From Rikenellaceae bacterium (GTDB lineage Bacteria; Bacteroidota; Bacteroidia; Bacteroidales; Rikenellaceae), in assembly GCA_047173645.1 (NCBI GenBank), contig JBCQUZ010000001.1, positions 219 to 64,218 of the forward strand: a stretch of 64,000 nucleotides of DNA, read 5' to 3'. The notes under the pieces were generated by a model. That model searched no databases. It saw only the letters and a list, made by a program, of their open reading frames with translations, and was not told the DNA's origin. Of the stretch, positions 1 through 9,353 are shown piece by piece. Position numbers and translations under genes: made by a program. Each line of letters opens with the position of its first letter. Position 1 is the first letter of the stretch.

Positions 1-146
1 TGACGGTTCTTCTTAAGGTGACCAGTAAGGTGGCTGATACGGTATGAGAACAATGCGATTTGGCTCTCAGGTGAACCAGTGTCGGTGTTAGACTTTCCGT
101 ACTTACCAAAAATCTCTTGCTTTTTTTCTGCTGTTAAATAAGCCAT
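1..146 (-). CDS. rpsO: 30S ribosomal protein S15 (5' part; runs off window start)
   Basis: Manual translation of the minus strand from ATG at 146: [48 protein letters not shown], containing the S15 motif DTGSPE.QIA. Not in the ORF track. Confidence 0.95.
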   Translation of the reverse strand, partial: MAYLTAEKKQEIFGKYGKSNTDTGSPESQIALFSYRISHLTGHLKKNR

Positions 147-170
147 TGATATATAAATTTTTAAAATTCC

Positions 171-225
171 ACTCTACGACGCATTGCCTTACTGCGCAAT
201 AACGCCAGAGCGTCCTGCAAAGGTA
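171..225 (-). promoter_or_regulatory. rpsO promoter (-7 TACCTTTG) and structured 5' leader hairpin
   Basis: Minus-strand TACCTTTG at 225-218; leader GCTCT-GGCG-TT-ATTGC...GCAAT-G-CGTC-GT-AGAGT folds into an interrupted stem. Confidence 0.6.
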
Positions 226-445
226 CAAATAAAACCCTAAGAAACAAGCAGAAAAGTGTAAAAAAGGGGGTGAATTTATTAATTTTTAGTGAAATATGGG
301 GGAGAGGGGGTTGGGTGAGGGATTAATTAACTTCGAAAGGGTTGGTGTCTCTTAGATCTAATCAAAAATCTAATCAAAAAAAATCACAAAAAACTACAAA
401 TAACTAGATTTTTTGTGTAATTTTGTGGCAAAATAGTTGAATTTT

Positions 446-1492
446 ATGGTAAAACGTACCCTTAAAATATCTCTCTACTCCTCAATTGTATTAATCGTAG
501 CGCTATTGTATGGTTGCGCCACACCTAATGCGGAGTATCAAAAGATTCAAAATGTGCCGATGTTGGGTACAACATTAACTATAATTGCCGATATTTCAGC
601 CGATTCTCTCACCTCTCTTTTGGATGGTGCGATGGCTATAGATTCGACTATGAAGGCTCAAATGTCGATTTTTGACAAACAATCTCTTATTAGTCGAATA
701 AATAGAGGCGAGGCAGATTCGCTTACCTCGGATATAATTTATAATATTCGTTTGGCGGATTCCGTTAGTCGGTTGTCGGGGGGTATTTATGACATCACGG
801 TGCTCCCGTTGGTCGAAGCGTGGGGTTTTGCACGCAAGGAGGCGTTGAGTGATCCGAATATAGATTCGTTACTCGAATTTGTGGGGTATCAGAAAATTAG
901 GGTTCAAGGAGGTCGGATCATAAAAGAGGATCCACGCACTAGGTTAGATTTTAACTCTATAGCTAAAGGTTATACGGTTGACAAGGTGGCGGAGCTGGTG
1001 GCTAATATGGGCGCTGAAAATTATCTTGTCGACATTGGGGGTGAGATCAATTGCCGAGGCGTAAATAGTCGAGGTGAGGGGTGGACGATAGGTGTTGAGA
1101 GCCCTATAGATGGCAATATGACGGATGGTGATTATTTGCAAAAGGCGATACAAATATCGGATCAAAGTGCGCTTCGAGGTGTGGCGACATCGGGCAACTA
1201 TCGTAGGTTTTACCTAAACGATGCTGGCGAGAAGATTTGCCACACGATAGATCCGACGACGGGGCTTAGTAAATCGTCGACACTTCTTTCGGTGACGGTG
1301 ATGGCTCCAACTTGTGCTTTGGCGGATGCTTATGCCACGATGTTTTTGGCAGCTGGGGATCAAGGGGCGATGGCACTTGTGCAACAAATTGAGGGAATTG
1401 AGGCTTATTTTATATTTTCGGGTGACGAAAATAGTGAGTATGAATATAGAGAGTATATGACCCCACGAATGGAGGCGATGATAAGAGAATAG
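446..1492 (+). CDS. apbE: FAD:protein FMN transferase (ApbE family lipoprotein)
   Basis: Lipobox LYGC; motifs DITVLPLVEAWGF, LDFNSIAKGYTVD, ATSGNYRRF, H.IDP.TG, ADAYAT. ATG at 446 preferred over TTG 437. Confidence 0.92.
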   Translation: MVKRTLKISLYSSIVLIVALLYGCATPNAEYQKIQNVPMLGTTLTIIADISADSLTSLLDGAMAIDSTMKAQMSIFDKQSLISRINRGEADSLTSDIIYNIRLADSVSRLSGGIYDITVLPLVEAWGFARKEALSDPNIDSLLEFVGYQKIRVQGGRIIKEDPRTRLDFNSIAKGYTVDKVAELVANMGAENYLVDIGGEINCRGVNSRGEGWTIGVESPIDGNMTDGDYLQKAIQISDQSALRGVATSGNYRRFYLNDAGEKICHTIDPTTGLSKSSTLLSVTVMAPTCALADAYATMFLAAGDQGAMALVQQIEGIEAYFIFSGDENSEYEYREYMTPRMEAMIRE

Positions 1493-1503
1493 AGAAGATA
1501 GGA

Positions 1504-2382
1504 ATGGAAAGTATGAAACGTGCAATATTTTTGTACAACAACGACGCAGGGAGATCAAAACTTGATGAACGCGCAAAGGAGATAGTGTCAATCCTCAGGG
1601 AGGGTGGTTATGATGCCTCGTCGGAGATTTTAGATTTTAAGGGCGATCAGCTTGCCAACCGCGCCGATGAATTAGATTTGGTGGTTGTGGCTGGAGGCGA
1701 TGGCACGGTGAATTTTATTGTCAACCAGCTAAAGCAGAGTGGATCGAAGGCGACTTTGGGAATTATACCTTCGGGCACGGCGAATGATTTTGCGTTGGCG
1801 TTGGGGATGAATCGTAATCCGATAAAGGCGGCGCATCAAATTGCGTCGGGGGTTGAGGATTGTGTGGATTGTGGATATGTTAATGGTTTATACTTCGTTA
1901 ATATATTTAGCTTTGGATTGTTTGCCACAACATCGCAACGAACGCCTAATAAGTGGAAGAGAATTTATGGGAAGTTAGCCTATATATTTCAGGGGATTAA
2001 AGAGTTGGAGCAGATGCACGATATGGAGCTCAACATTAACACGGATGAAGATAGTTTCAAGATCAAGTCGTTAATGACTCTTGTGTTGAATGGTCGCACA
2101 GCTGGAGGATGGCGTTTGGCGAATGGAGCGAGTGTCACCGATGGAATGTTTGATTGCTTAATATTGGAGAGCAAGAGTTTTGTGAGTTCTCTGCTTGCGG
2201 CGCTTTGGTTTTTGGTGGGGGGCAACCCTTCGGGCATTAGGCGTTTGCGTTCGCGCAATATTCAGATTTTGTCGACAGAGAATGAGCCTACGGATGCTGA
2301 TGGTCAGAGAGGTGTGGATTTCCCGCTCAATATTGAGTGTTTAGAACGCGAATTAAAGGTTATAATACCTAATAGAAAATAG
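1504..2382 (+). CDS. YegS/DAGK-family lipid kinase
   Basis: GGDGT, GIIPSGTANDFA and DADG motifs. Confidence 0.9.
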   Translation: MESMKRAIFLYNNDAGRSKLDERAKEIVSILREGGYDASSEILDFKGDQLANRADELDLVVVAGGDGTVNFIVNQLKQSGSKATLGIIPSGTANDFALALGMNRNPIKAAHQIASGVEDCVDCGYVNGLYFVNIFSFGLFATTSQRTPNKWKRIYGKLAYIFQGIKELEQMHDMELNINTDEDSFKIKSLMTLVLNGRTAGGWRLANGASVTDGMFDCLILESKSFVSSLLAALWFLVGGNPSGIRRLRSRNIQILSTENEPTDADGQRGVDFPLNIECLERELKVIIPNRK

Positions 2383-2471
2383 ACACAGGCTGCACTAAAA
2401 CAGGCTGTATTAAATAGATATAGATACCATTATTACATACATATATTTTATAACAACGACAATCTCATATT

Positions 2472-3377
2472 ATGCGCCCTCAAAAAATAACAACTCCTAC
2501 AACAGCTTTACGCAAAATCTCGATCTCTAAAATAAAGAAGGAGATGAGCGACGTGAGTTTCCTAAGCAATGATATGGTAATTACTAATATCACTGCTGAG
2601 ACAAATTATACGCTGACTCAGCCTGTTGCATTTAATGGCTTTTCGGCTATTATTATGATGTGTGGCGAGGCGAGGGTGTCGATTGATTTGAAGGAGTTTG
2701 TTGTAAAGCCTCGTGATATTGTTGTATTTTCGCCTCAAACGGCGATCAAGACGGTGAGTTGTTCTAACAATGCGGCGGCATATTTAATATCATTTTCTAA
2801 ATCTTTTATCGACGATTTGCAGATTGATTTATCGACGACGCTTCCGTTATATATGCGTTTTGGAAAGAATCCAGTGTTGCATCTCGATCAAGAGGATATA
2901 GATGAGATTCGTCAGCTATTTCGTCTAATAAAGACTATGCTCAAGAGCAATAAGGAGAAGTATCGTACGGAGATCATCAAGACTCTTTTTACGACGATGT
3001 TTTATATTCTCACCGAGCTGAACAATCGTGATGGGGAGGATCTTGGCAAAAAGGGGCGTTGCGAGGTGATATTTGATGAATTTTTGGATCTTCTTCAAAA
3101 ACATAGTCGCACGGAGCGTAATGTTAAATTTTATGCCGACAAGCTAAACATATCGACTAAATATTTGTCAGCGGTGGTGAAGGATGTGAGTGGTAAGACT
3201 GCCGCGAAGTGGATTGATGAGTCGGTGATACTTGAGGCTAAGACTTTGTTGAGATATTCGGGGCTTAGTATTCAAGAGATTGCAAATCATTTGAATTTTT
3301 CGACTCAATCGTTTTTTGGTAAATATTTTAAGCAACATACTGGGTCATCGCCTTCGAGGTTTAAGCGTATGGGTTAA
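2472..3377 (+). CDS. AraC-family transcriptional regulator
   Basis: C-terminal double HTH (FYADKLNISTKYLS...SIQEIANHLNFSTQSFFGKYFKQHTGSSP). Confidence 0.92.
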   Translation: MRPQKITTPTTALRKISISKIKKEMSDVSFLSNDMVITNITAETNYTLTQPVAFNGFSAIIMMCGEARVSIDLKEFVVKPRDIVVFSPQTAIKTVSCSNNAAAYLISFSKSFIDDLQIDLSTTLPLYMRFGKNPVLHLDQEDIDEIRQLFRLIKTMLKSNKEKYRTEIIKTLFTTMFYILTELNNRDGEDLGKKGRCEVIFDEFLDLLQKHSRTERNVKFYADKLNISTKYLSAVVKDVSGKTAAKWIDESVILEAKTLLRYSGLSIQEIANHLNFSTQSFFGKYFKQHTGSSPSRFKRMG

Positions 3378-3409
3378 AAATTGAGATAACATAAACATAT
3401 TTTATAGTT

Positions 3410-4048
3410 ATGAAACTTTATATTCCAACTTTTGGTGAGGAGATTGCCAACACCATATCGCATGGGGTTATGGCGCTATTGATTTTGCTTTTTATACCAT
3501 TTGCATCGGTGTGGTCGTATCTGCATGGAGGCGTGATGGAGGCGGTGACGGTATCTATATATCTTATTTCGATATTTGGGATGACTCTCTGTTCGACGCT
3601 TTATCACTCTATGGCTCCGCAATCTAAACATAAAGAGGTGTTTCATATTCTTGACCATATATTTATATATGTGGCGATTGCTGGCACTTATACTCCTATT
3701 GCGTTGTGTGTGATTGGAGGGTGGCAAGGGATTCTAATCACGGCGTTGCAATGGGCGATGGTTGTGTTTGGGGTGTTTTATAAGTCGTTGTCGCGAAGGT
3801 CGATACCTGCGGTGAGTCTCACGATTTATTTGGTTATGGGGTGGACTGTGGTGTTGTTTCTTCCGTTGTTTATAAACAATGCTTCGACCTCTTTGTTGTG
3901 GTTGATTGGTGGAGGCGGAGTGTTCTATTCGGTTGGGGCGTGGTTTTATGCGCGTAAAGGTTTTAGGTATCATCATTTGGTGTGGCACCTGTTTATTAAT
4001 ATCGCGGTGTTGATGCACTTTATAGCGATTATATTTTATTTGTACTAA
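3410..4048 (+). CDS. Hemolysin III / PAQR-family membrane protein
   Basis: EEIANTISHG, STLYH, LDHIFIY..IAGTYTP, HLVWHLF; about 7 TM segments. Confidence 0.92.
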   Translation: MKLYIPTFGEEIANTISHGVMALLILLFIPFASVWSYLHGGVMEAVTVSIYLISIFGMTLCSTLYHSMAPQSKHKEVFHILDHIFIYVAIAGTYTPIALCVIGGWQGILITALQWAMVVFGVFYKSLSRRSIPAVSLTIYLVMGWTVVLFLPLFINNASTSLLWLIGGGGVFYSVGAWFYARKGFRYHHLVWHLFINIAVLMHFIAIIFYLY

Positions 4049-4056
4049 TTTGTTTA

Positions 4057-4473
4057 ATGGAAGTAAATGTAGAAGAGCGCGTGGAGATGGCGCGTAAAAA
4101 TTTCTCGTCGGGGTATAATTGTGCTCAATCTGTGGTGTTGGCGTACAGCGATATTATGGATGTTGACCCTAAGATTCTCGCGACGCTTTCGGCATCTTTT
4201 GGCGGAGGGATGGGTCGTCTTCGCGAGGTGTGTGGTGCGGTGAGCGGTATGTCGATGGTGGCGGGGGCGTTAGCTCCAGCTTTTGACCCTGCGGAGCGTG
4301 CTGCGAAGAGTGCGAATTACACTTTGGTGAAAAATTTGGCGGATGAGTTTAAGAGTCAGAATGGTTCGATAATTTGTCGCGAATTGCTTCTTCATGGGGC
4401 TAAGAGACCTTGTGCAAAGCTTGTTGAGATGGCGGCTGAGATTGTTGCACATAGTATCAATAATGGCAATTAG
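4057..4473 (+). CDS. C-GCAxxG-C-C family putative redox protein
   Basis: YNCAQSV, FGGGMG, CGAVSG, GSIICRELL, C-terminal Cys. Confidence 0.88.
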   Translation: MEVNVEERVEMARKNFSSGYNCAQSVVLAYSDIMDVDPKILATLSASFGGGMGRLREVCGAVSGMSMVAGALAPAFDPAERAAKSANYTLVKNLADEFKSQNGSIICRELLLHGAKRPCAKLVEMAAEIVAHSINNGN

Positions 4474-4577
4474 GATTATCGGTTTTTGAAATAATTTTTG
4501 TTGATTTAGGTGGGGGCTGATTGATGGTTGATTTTTTTAACCATATTGCTACTTTTTAACCTTTAAATTTGGGATTG

Positions 4578-4612
4578 AGCCCGACTGACATTTTTGTTGG
4601 TCGGGCTTTTTT
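4578..4612 (+). terminator. Rho-independent terminator
   Basis: AGCCCGAC...GTCGGGCT stem followed by a T run. Confidence 0.85.
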
Positions 4613-4730
4613 GTGTTCGTATGGTTGAGTATTTGGTTGAAATGGAGATATTTTTTTTGATTTTAAAGAGGGTGTAATTCAACCAGTTAGTTCAATTAAT
4701 GAATATTTGAGTTAAAAATAATTGTTAAAA

Positions 4731-4981
4731 AACTTGACAAACGTGTTTTGATGTTGTATATTTGTGATGTCAAAGGTTGTTTGTTTGATGTTGGATTTAG
4801 TTTTTTTATTGTTTGTTTTTTGGAGGGTAGTTGGCGGAGTTATTAACATTTGTTTTTATTTATTAACATTGTGATTGAAAAGTTATTAACATTTGCCAGC
4901 TGCCTTATTTTCAGATTTAAATTCAATATATAGCGTGGGTTATTATTAGTTATTGACAATGAATATTAAGTTATTAACAAT
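4731..4981 (+). promoter_or_regulatory. Promoter (TATATTTG at 4757-4764) and leader with five TTATT(A/G)ACA repeats upstream of the phage-like operon
   Basis: Bacteroidota -7 consensus TAnnTTTG; repeats at about 4840, 4860, 4883, 4950 and 4971. Confidence 0.6.
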
Positions 4982-4998
4982 ATATTAAGATGTAGATT

Positions 4999-5904
4999 AT
5001 GTTTGTGAGTGAGCCAGAGGCATTCGCCTCATTTAGGGGAAAATTACTATTTGAGTATGAGCAGGAGGAGGAATCGGAGTTGGTTTTTGAAATTGAACTT
5101 GCGGAGGATGGGGATTATGTAGAGGTTAAAAAATTGTATGGAGTGGATGGTGCGACAATAAATGTTGCTCATGTGGTTGCCAACAGATTTATGACCGAGC
5201 CATCGAGCGGAGTTTCGTCGTTGGAGACTCCTCAGAGTGGTTATGGATTAGTGGCGGTGAAGTGTGGCGATGAGTCGACGGAGGCGCAATATTTTGTGGC
5301 GGCAAAGAGTCCACTGCCCGAGGTGGGTGTGTTGGCAACGATGCCTTTGGATAGGATCATAAGTTATGGCGAAGCGGATGAGGTGTGGATACGCGCTGGC
5401 GAAGGTGCTCAGGTGTTGGTTATGGTGGAGTGTGAAGATGAGGGTGGCACGACATCGACAACATTTGAACATACGGTAGAGGGGTGTGGACTTGCGAGGT
5501 TTAGGTTTGCGACCGAGGATTTTAGCTGTTACACGAAGATTGCCCATGTGGAGATATATTGCGATGGAGAGAGTTTGGCGCAGATGCGATATTGTTATGT
5601 GCCTTCGGTGTGGGGCGCTGTGAGGTTGGCATGGATTGGTGAGTGGGGAGGTGTGGAGCATTACACTTTTCCTGTGACAAATTCGCTGTCGTTATTGGCA
5701 AATGGAGCGCGTCATTATGAGGTTGAATCGGCATATGAGTCGTCGTCGGTGGTGGAGGCATTGGCGGAGATTGTGACATCGGAGAGGGTGTGGATCGTGG
5801 AGGATGGCGAATATATCGAGGTGGATATGTTGAGCGAATTGGTTTTGTTGAATAAGCGTCGAGAGTTGGCGACTGCGGAGTTTAAGTTTGCGAGGTATGA
5901 TTGA
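4999..5904 (+). CDS. Hypothetical protein, resembles Bacteroidota phage tail/distal-tail proteins
   Basis: C-terminal VRLAWIGEWGGVEHYTF...ALAEIVTSERVWIV pattern recalls Bacteroidota prophage tail proteins; overlaps next gene. Confidence 0.5.
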   Translation: MFVSEPEAFASFRGKLLFEYEQEEESELVFEIELAEDGDYVEVKKLYGVDGATINVAHVVANRFMTEPSSGVSSLETPQSGYGLVAVKCGDESTEAQYFVAAKSPLPEVGVLATMPLDRIISYGEADEVWIRAGEGAQVLVMVECEDEGGTTSTTFEHTVEGCGLARFRFATEDFSCYTKIAHVEIYCDGESLAQMRYCYVPSVWGAVRLAWIGEWGGVEHYTFPVTNSLSLLANGARHYEVESAYESSSVVEALAEIVTSERVWIVEDGEYIEVDMLSELVLLNKRRELATAEFKFARYD

Positions 5905-8194
5905 GTTGCTGATAGATGGGGTTAGTTGCGATGTTGATAGTGGGTCGACAATTGTACTTAGCTATGATTCTCAGAGGCTTGAGGATCTGGACACGATGAG
6001 CGACGGAGAGTCGGCGAGTGTGGTGATACCATCGTCGAGTGTGAATGATGCGATATTTGGCGACGATGGTTGGATTCATGCTCCCAAGAGGTTTAATGCT
6101 GTGGAGCACACGGCGGAGGTGTGGTGCCAGGGCGAGATGTTGTTTAGTGGAGCGGCATATTTGCAGGAGGTTGTGTGGGATGGCGGCAAGATGAGTTATG
6201 AGGTGTTGATAAGGGCGCAGAGGGCTTTATGGGCACAGACGGCGGCGGAGTCGACATTCAATGAGTTTGCGGTGGATCTGAATATGTATTTGGCGAAGGC
6301 GTACATCAAAGCGCAATGGGAGAGTGATGATGCGGTGAAGTTTGTCGCGGTGAGAAGGGACACTTACGAGGCGGTGCAGTCGGCGGTGTCGAATGAGGTG
6401 GTGCGCGAGATTGTGTCGTTAGAGGATTATCATCCGTTTTTGAGCGTGGAGGCGATGATGAGGTCGGTGTTCGAGAGTACGGGGTATACGGTGAAGAGTG
6501 ATTTTATGGAGAGTGATTACTTCAAGTCGTTGTATATGAGTGGGTCGTATGGGTCGTCGACAAATAGTACGGAGACTAAGAATGCGATGGATTTTTATGT
6601 GAAGCGATCGAGTGATTGTACGGTGAATGGCGATTATCGGGGTCGGGTATATATGACTCCATATTATGCGGCGAACACGGTGGGGATGGTGGTGGATCCC
6701 GACACGGTGAACACGGATAAGGATTGTTATTCGTATAGCGGTTGTTTTCAGACCTATAATACTGTTCCTGCGTTTGTGCCTACGGTGCAGGTCTATGTGG
6801 GGTTTGAGGTGAGGTTGTGTTATATTACCCCTTACAAGATTAAGAGTCGGGAGTTATTGACCGCTTATAATTCGGTTCATTTGTGTGTGGGGCACGATTA
6901 TGAGTTGGATATTGTCAACAATTTTGAGGATAAACGGGGGTCGTTATCGTCGTCGTTTAGTTATATGCTCTGCATTTTTGATTTTGACGAATCGACAGAT
7001 AATGTTAGTTTGTATTGCCGATTGGAGAGTGGGTCAATGTTGCATTATGGCGCGATAACGGAGAGGGTAACATATTTTACAACTCCATCGCAGCCGATTG
7101 CTGAGTTGGTGTTGGTCTATAACTTGAGTGATGGTAGTCAAGAGATATTTGCCAAGGATTGGGCGATATATAATGGTTATATCGAGGAGACTGGATCTAC
7201 GGAGGTGGATGTGACATTGAAGATAACACCAGAGCTTATATCGCCATCGTCGCCCAAGAAGTTCGATGAGATGTATATTGATTGTGGCGAAGAGGGGTGG
7301 GAGTTTACACTGCTCGAAGCAACTTCGATAACTCCATATTTTGCGAAACATCCTGGGGTTAATGCCAAACTTTCGTTTGCCGATGTGGCACAACACGATA
7401 AATTTCAATCGTCGTTGGTGGAGTCGATAGCTCATATGTATAATTTGAGGTTTTGGACGGATGACATAAATAAGGTGGTGTATGTGGAGCCTAATGATGA
7501 TATGTGGGACACGACGACAGTGTGGGATTGGAGTGATAAGATTGATCCCGATTCGGCAATTGAGATTGGAGATTTGGCGGAGGAGGTTTATCGCATACGC
7601 AAGTGGGGCTACAGGGATGGTGATGGAGTCACGGCGCGTGGAGATGGAGATATTCCTGCGGATGATGAGTTTGGATTTTGGTCGGGAGAGATAAACTCTA
7701 TGATTGCCAAAGAGGGGACAGAGTCGTTGCTTAGTCCATTGTATTCGCCTACGCAGAATGACGATCAGGGGTTGTTGCAGGTGGGCGATAGAGATGATTT
7801 GGACAATGTAAATTCGTTTGATTTTACGCCTCGGATTGTTAGGTGTGAGGGGCGATTGTTGTATGAGGGGTCTCAGATGCCATATATGGCTTTTTATCAA
7901 CCCGATATTGGGGTGTCGTTATGTTTTGAGGATCGTGGCGGAGTTGAGGGGTTGAATAGTTATTATGCGGAGCAAATTGCCACGGAGGAGCGCGCTAGGA
8001 TTGTGTCGTTGAGGTTGAGGTTAGAGCCGTTTGATGTGGCTAATTTGTTTATGAAGAGTGGTGTAGCTCCTAATATTACATCTACTTTTGGGTTCGATTT
8101 GGGAGGTGATTGGACTCGGTGTCGATTGAAGGAGATTGTGGAGTATGATCCTTTGAAGGAGGTGACGGTTTGTAGGTTTATTGTGGTGGATTAG
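5897..8194 (+). CDS. Large phage tail/baseplate-hub-like protein
   Basis: N-terminus MIELLIDG..CDV...LSY....LED......S..VVIPSS..ND.IFG and later SIAHMYNL.F / VYVEP / WDWSDKID, typical of Bacteroidota siphophage tail proteins (from recall). ATG 5897 overlaps the upstream stop. Confidence 0.55.
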   Translation: MIELLIDGVSCDVDSGSTIVLSYDSQRLEDLDTMSDGESASVVIPSSSVNDAIFGDDGWIHAPKRFNAVEHTAEVWCQGEMLFSGAAYLQEVVWDGGKMSYEVLIRAQRALWAQTAAESTFNEFAVDLNMYLAKAYIKAQWESDDAVKFVAVRRDTYEAVQSAVSNEVVREIVSLEDYHPFLSVEAMMRSVFESTGYTVKSDFMESDYFKSLYMSGSYGSSTNSTETKNAMDFYVKRSSDCTVNGDYRGRVYMTPYYAANTVGMVVDPDTVNTDKDCYSYSGCFQTYNTVPAFVPTVQVYVGFEVRLCYITPYKIKSRELLTAYNSVHLCVGHDYELDIVNNFEDKRGSLSSSFSYMLCIFDFDESTDNVSLYCRLESGSMLHYGAITERVTYFTTPSQPIAELVLVYNLSDGSQEIFAKDWAIYNGYIEETGSTEVDVTLKITPELISPSSPKKFDEMYIDCGEEGWEFTLLEATSITPYFAKHPGVNAKLSFADVAQHDKFQSSLVESIAHMYNLRFWTDDINKVVYVEPNDDMWDTTTVWDWSDKIDPDSAIEIGDLAEEVYRIRKWGYRDGDGVTARGDGDIPADDEFGFWSGEINSMIAKEGTESLLSPLYSPTQNDDQGLLQVGDRDDLDNVNSFDFTPRIVRCEGRLLYEGSQMPYMAFYQPDIGVSLCFEDRGGVEGLNSYYAEQIATEERARIVSLRLRLEPFDVANLFMKSGVAPNITSTFGFDLGGDWTRCRLKEIVEYDPLKEVTVCRFIVVD

Positions 8195-8253
8195 TTTTTT
8201 TGAGTTTTGGGTCGGTTTTGGGGTGGGTTGAGGGGTATCTTATTTTTAAAATT

Positions 8254-9195
8254 ATGGAAAATATTAGGATTCAGAATGCTCTCGATCTCTGTGTGATAGA
8301 TATTGAGGGAACCATAGGTGTGCCCGAAGAGTGGCAGTTTGATGACCCTCAACAGAGGGTGGCAACTTATGAGAAGTTTAGATCTGTAGTGGCGCAGATT
8401 GAGGAGTTGGAGGCGCAACAGGTGGTTGTGAATATTCGCTCGACGGGGGGCGATGTGAATGATGCACTATTAATATATGAGGCTTTGGTGTCGTTGGGTG
8501 CGCAGATCACGACTCGTTGTTATGGTTATGTGGCATCTGCCGCGACGGTGATTGCGCAGGCGGCATCGGAGGGGAAGCGTATGATCTCGGCAAATTCGCT
8601 CTATTTGATTCACAACTCTAGTTGTGTGGCGGAGGGAAACATTGATGATTTGAATGCTAGGGCAGAGCTATTGCGCAAGACCGATGAGCAGTTGGCTAAT
8701 TTGTATTCTGTGCGTGGCGGTCATTCGGTGGATGAGTATGTGGCACTAATGGCGAGCGATGGTGGTCGAGGCACTTGGTTGTCGGCACTTGAGACTATTG
8801 AGGCTGGTTTGGCAGACTCGATTATTGATGTGTCGTCGGTGGAGAGTGATGAATCTCAGGTCGAAGATCCACAGGTCGAAGAGGTCGAGCAGAGTGGTGT
8901 GAAGGCTATTTTTAAGGGTCTCACGCGTCGACTTGGATTTGAGTCGAAGGATCAAAAGGAGAAAGATCAGAAGGAGAAGGCGAAAATTGTGGGATTGCCT
9001 AAGTGCAGGCACAATATTTTGCATGATCCTATTAAAAATCAGAGTGATAGTTATTCGGCTATCGCTTTGGAGGAGGGGCAGAAGAGTATTTCGGCATCGA
9101 GGGTGATGCCCACAGAGGATGCTTCGTTGGGCGAGGCGATGATAAGTGCCAATGAGGCGGCTTATAGATATGATGCACAGCGATTTGCTAGATAG
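8254..9195 (+). CDS. ClpP-like phage prohead (head maturation) protease with charged C-terminal extension
   Basis: VNIRSTGGDV, YVASAATVI (catalytic Ser), LIHN (His), TWLSALETIEAGLAD. ATG 8254 follows an A/T-rich initiation region. Confidence 0.85.
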   Translation: MENIRIQNALDLCVIDIEGTIGVPEEWQFDDPQQRVATYEKFRSVVAQIEELEAQQVVVNIRSTGGDVNDALLIYEALVSLGAQITTRCYGYVASAATVIAQAASEGKRMISANSLYLIHNSSCVAEGNIDDLNARAELLRKTDEQLANLYSVRGGHSVDEYVALMASDGGRGTWLSALETIEAGLADSIIDVSSVESDESQVEDPQVEEVEQSGVKAIFKGLTRRLGFESKDQKEKDQKEKAKIVGLPKCRHNILHDPIKNQSDSYSAIALEEGQKSISASRVMPTEDASLGEAMISANEAAYRYDAQRFAR

Positions 9196-9353
9196 ATAAT
9201 TATAGGGTATCTAAATTTTATAGACATTAAAAAGCTCCATTTTGATTAAGAAAACTTGGGGGAGTAGGGAGCGGAATGGGCTTATTTTAGGTGTCTATTT
9301 GGGGGTGCTTATCTTTAAATATTTTAACATTTTTATTTTAGAAGAAAAAAATT

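Noticed and set aside
2385-2414. Short duplications ACAGGCTG.A.TAAA x2; also ATCTAATCAAAA x2 (about 356-379), GGCG.AAGCCTAA x2 after pyrG, and a CA run at about 59222-59240
   Set aside because: Too short and isolated to separate from slippage noise.
4839-4981. oriC call from DnaA-box-like repeats
   Set aside because: All boxes have 2 mismatches to TTATCCACA, and the G/T bias looks the same on both sides, with no visible skew switch. Kept only as a regulatory-array finding.
7034-7900. Long antisense ORFs (e.g. 7034-7900, 36536-37261, 32740-33387)
   Set aside because: Shadows of strongly biased sense-strand codon usage, with no recognisable motifs.
8254-9195. Housekeeping ClpP
   Set aside because: No tig/clpX context; it has a long charged C-terminal tail and lies directly before a capsid-like gene, which fits a prohead protease.
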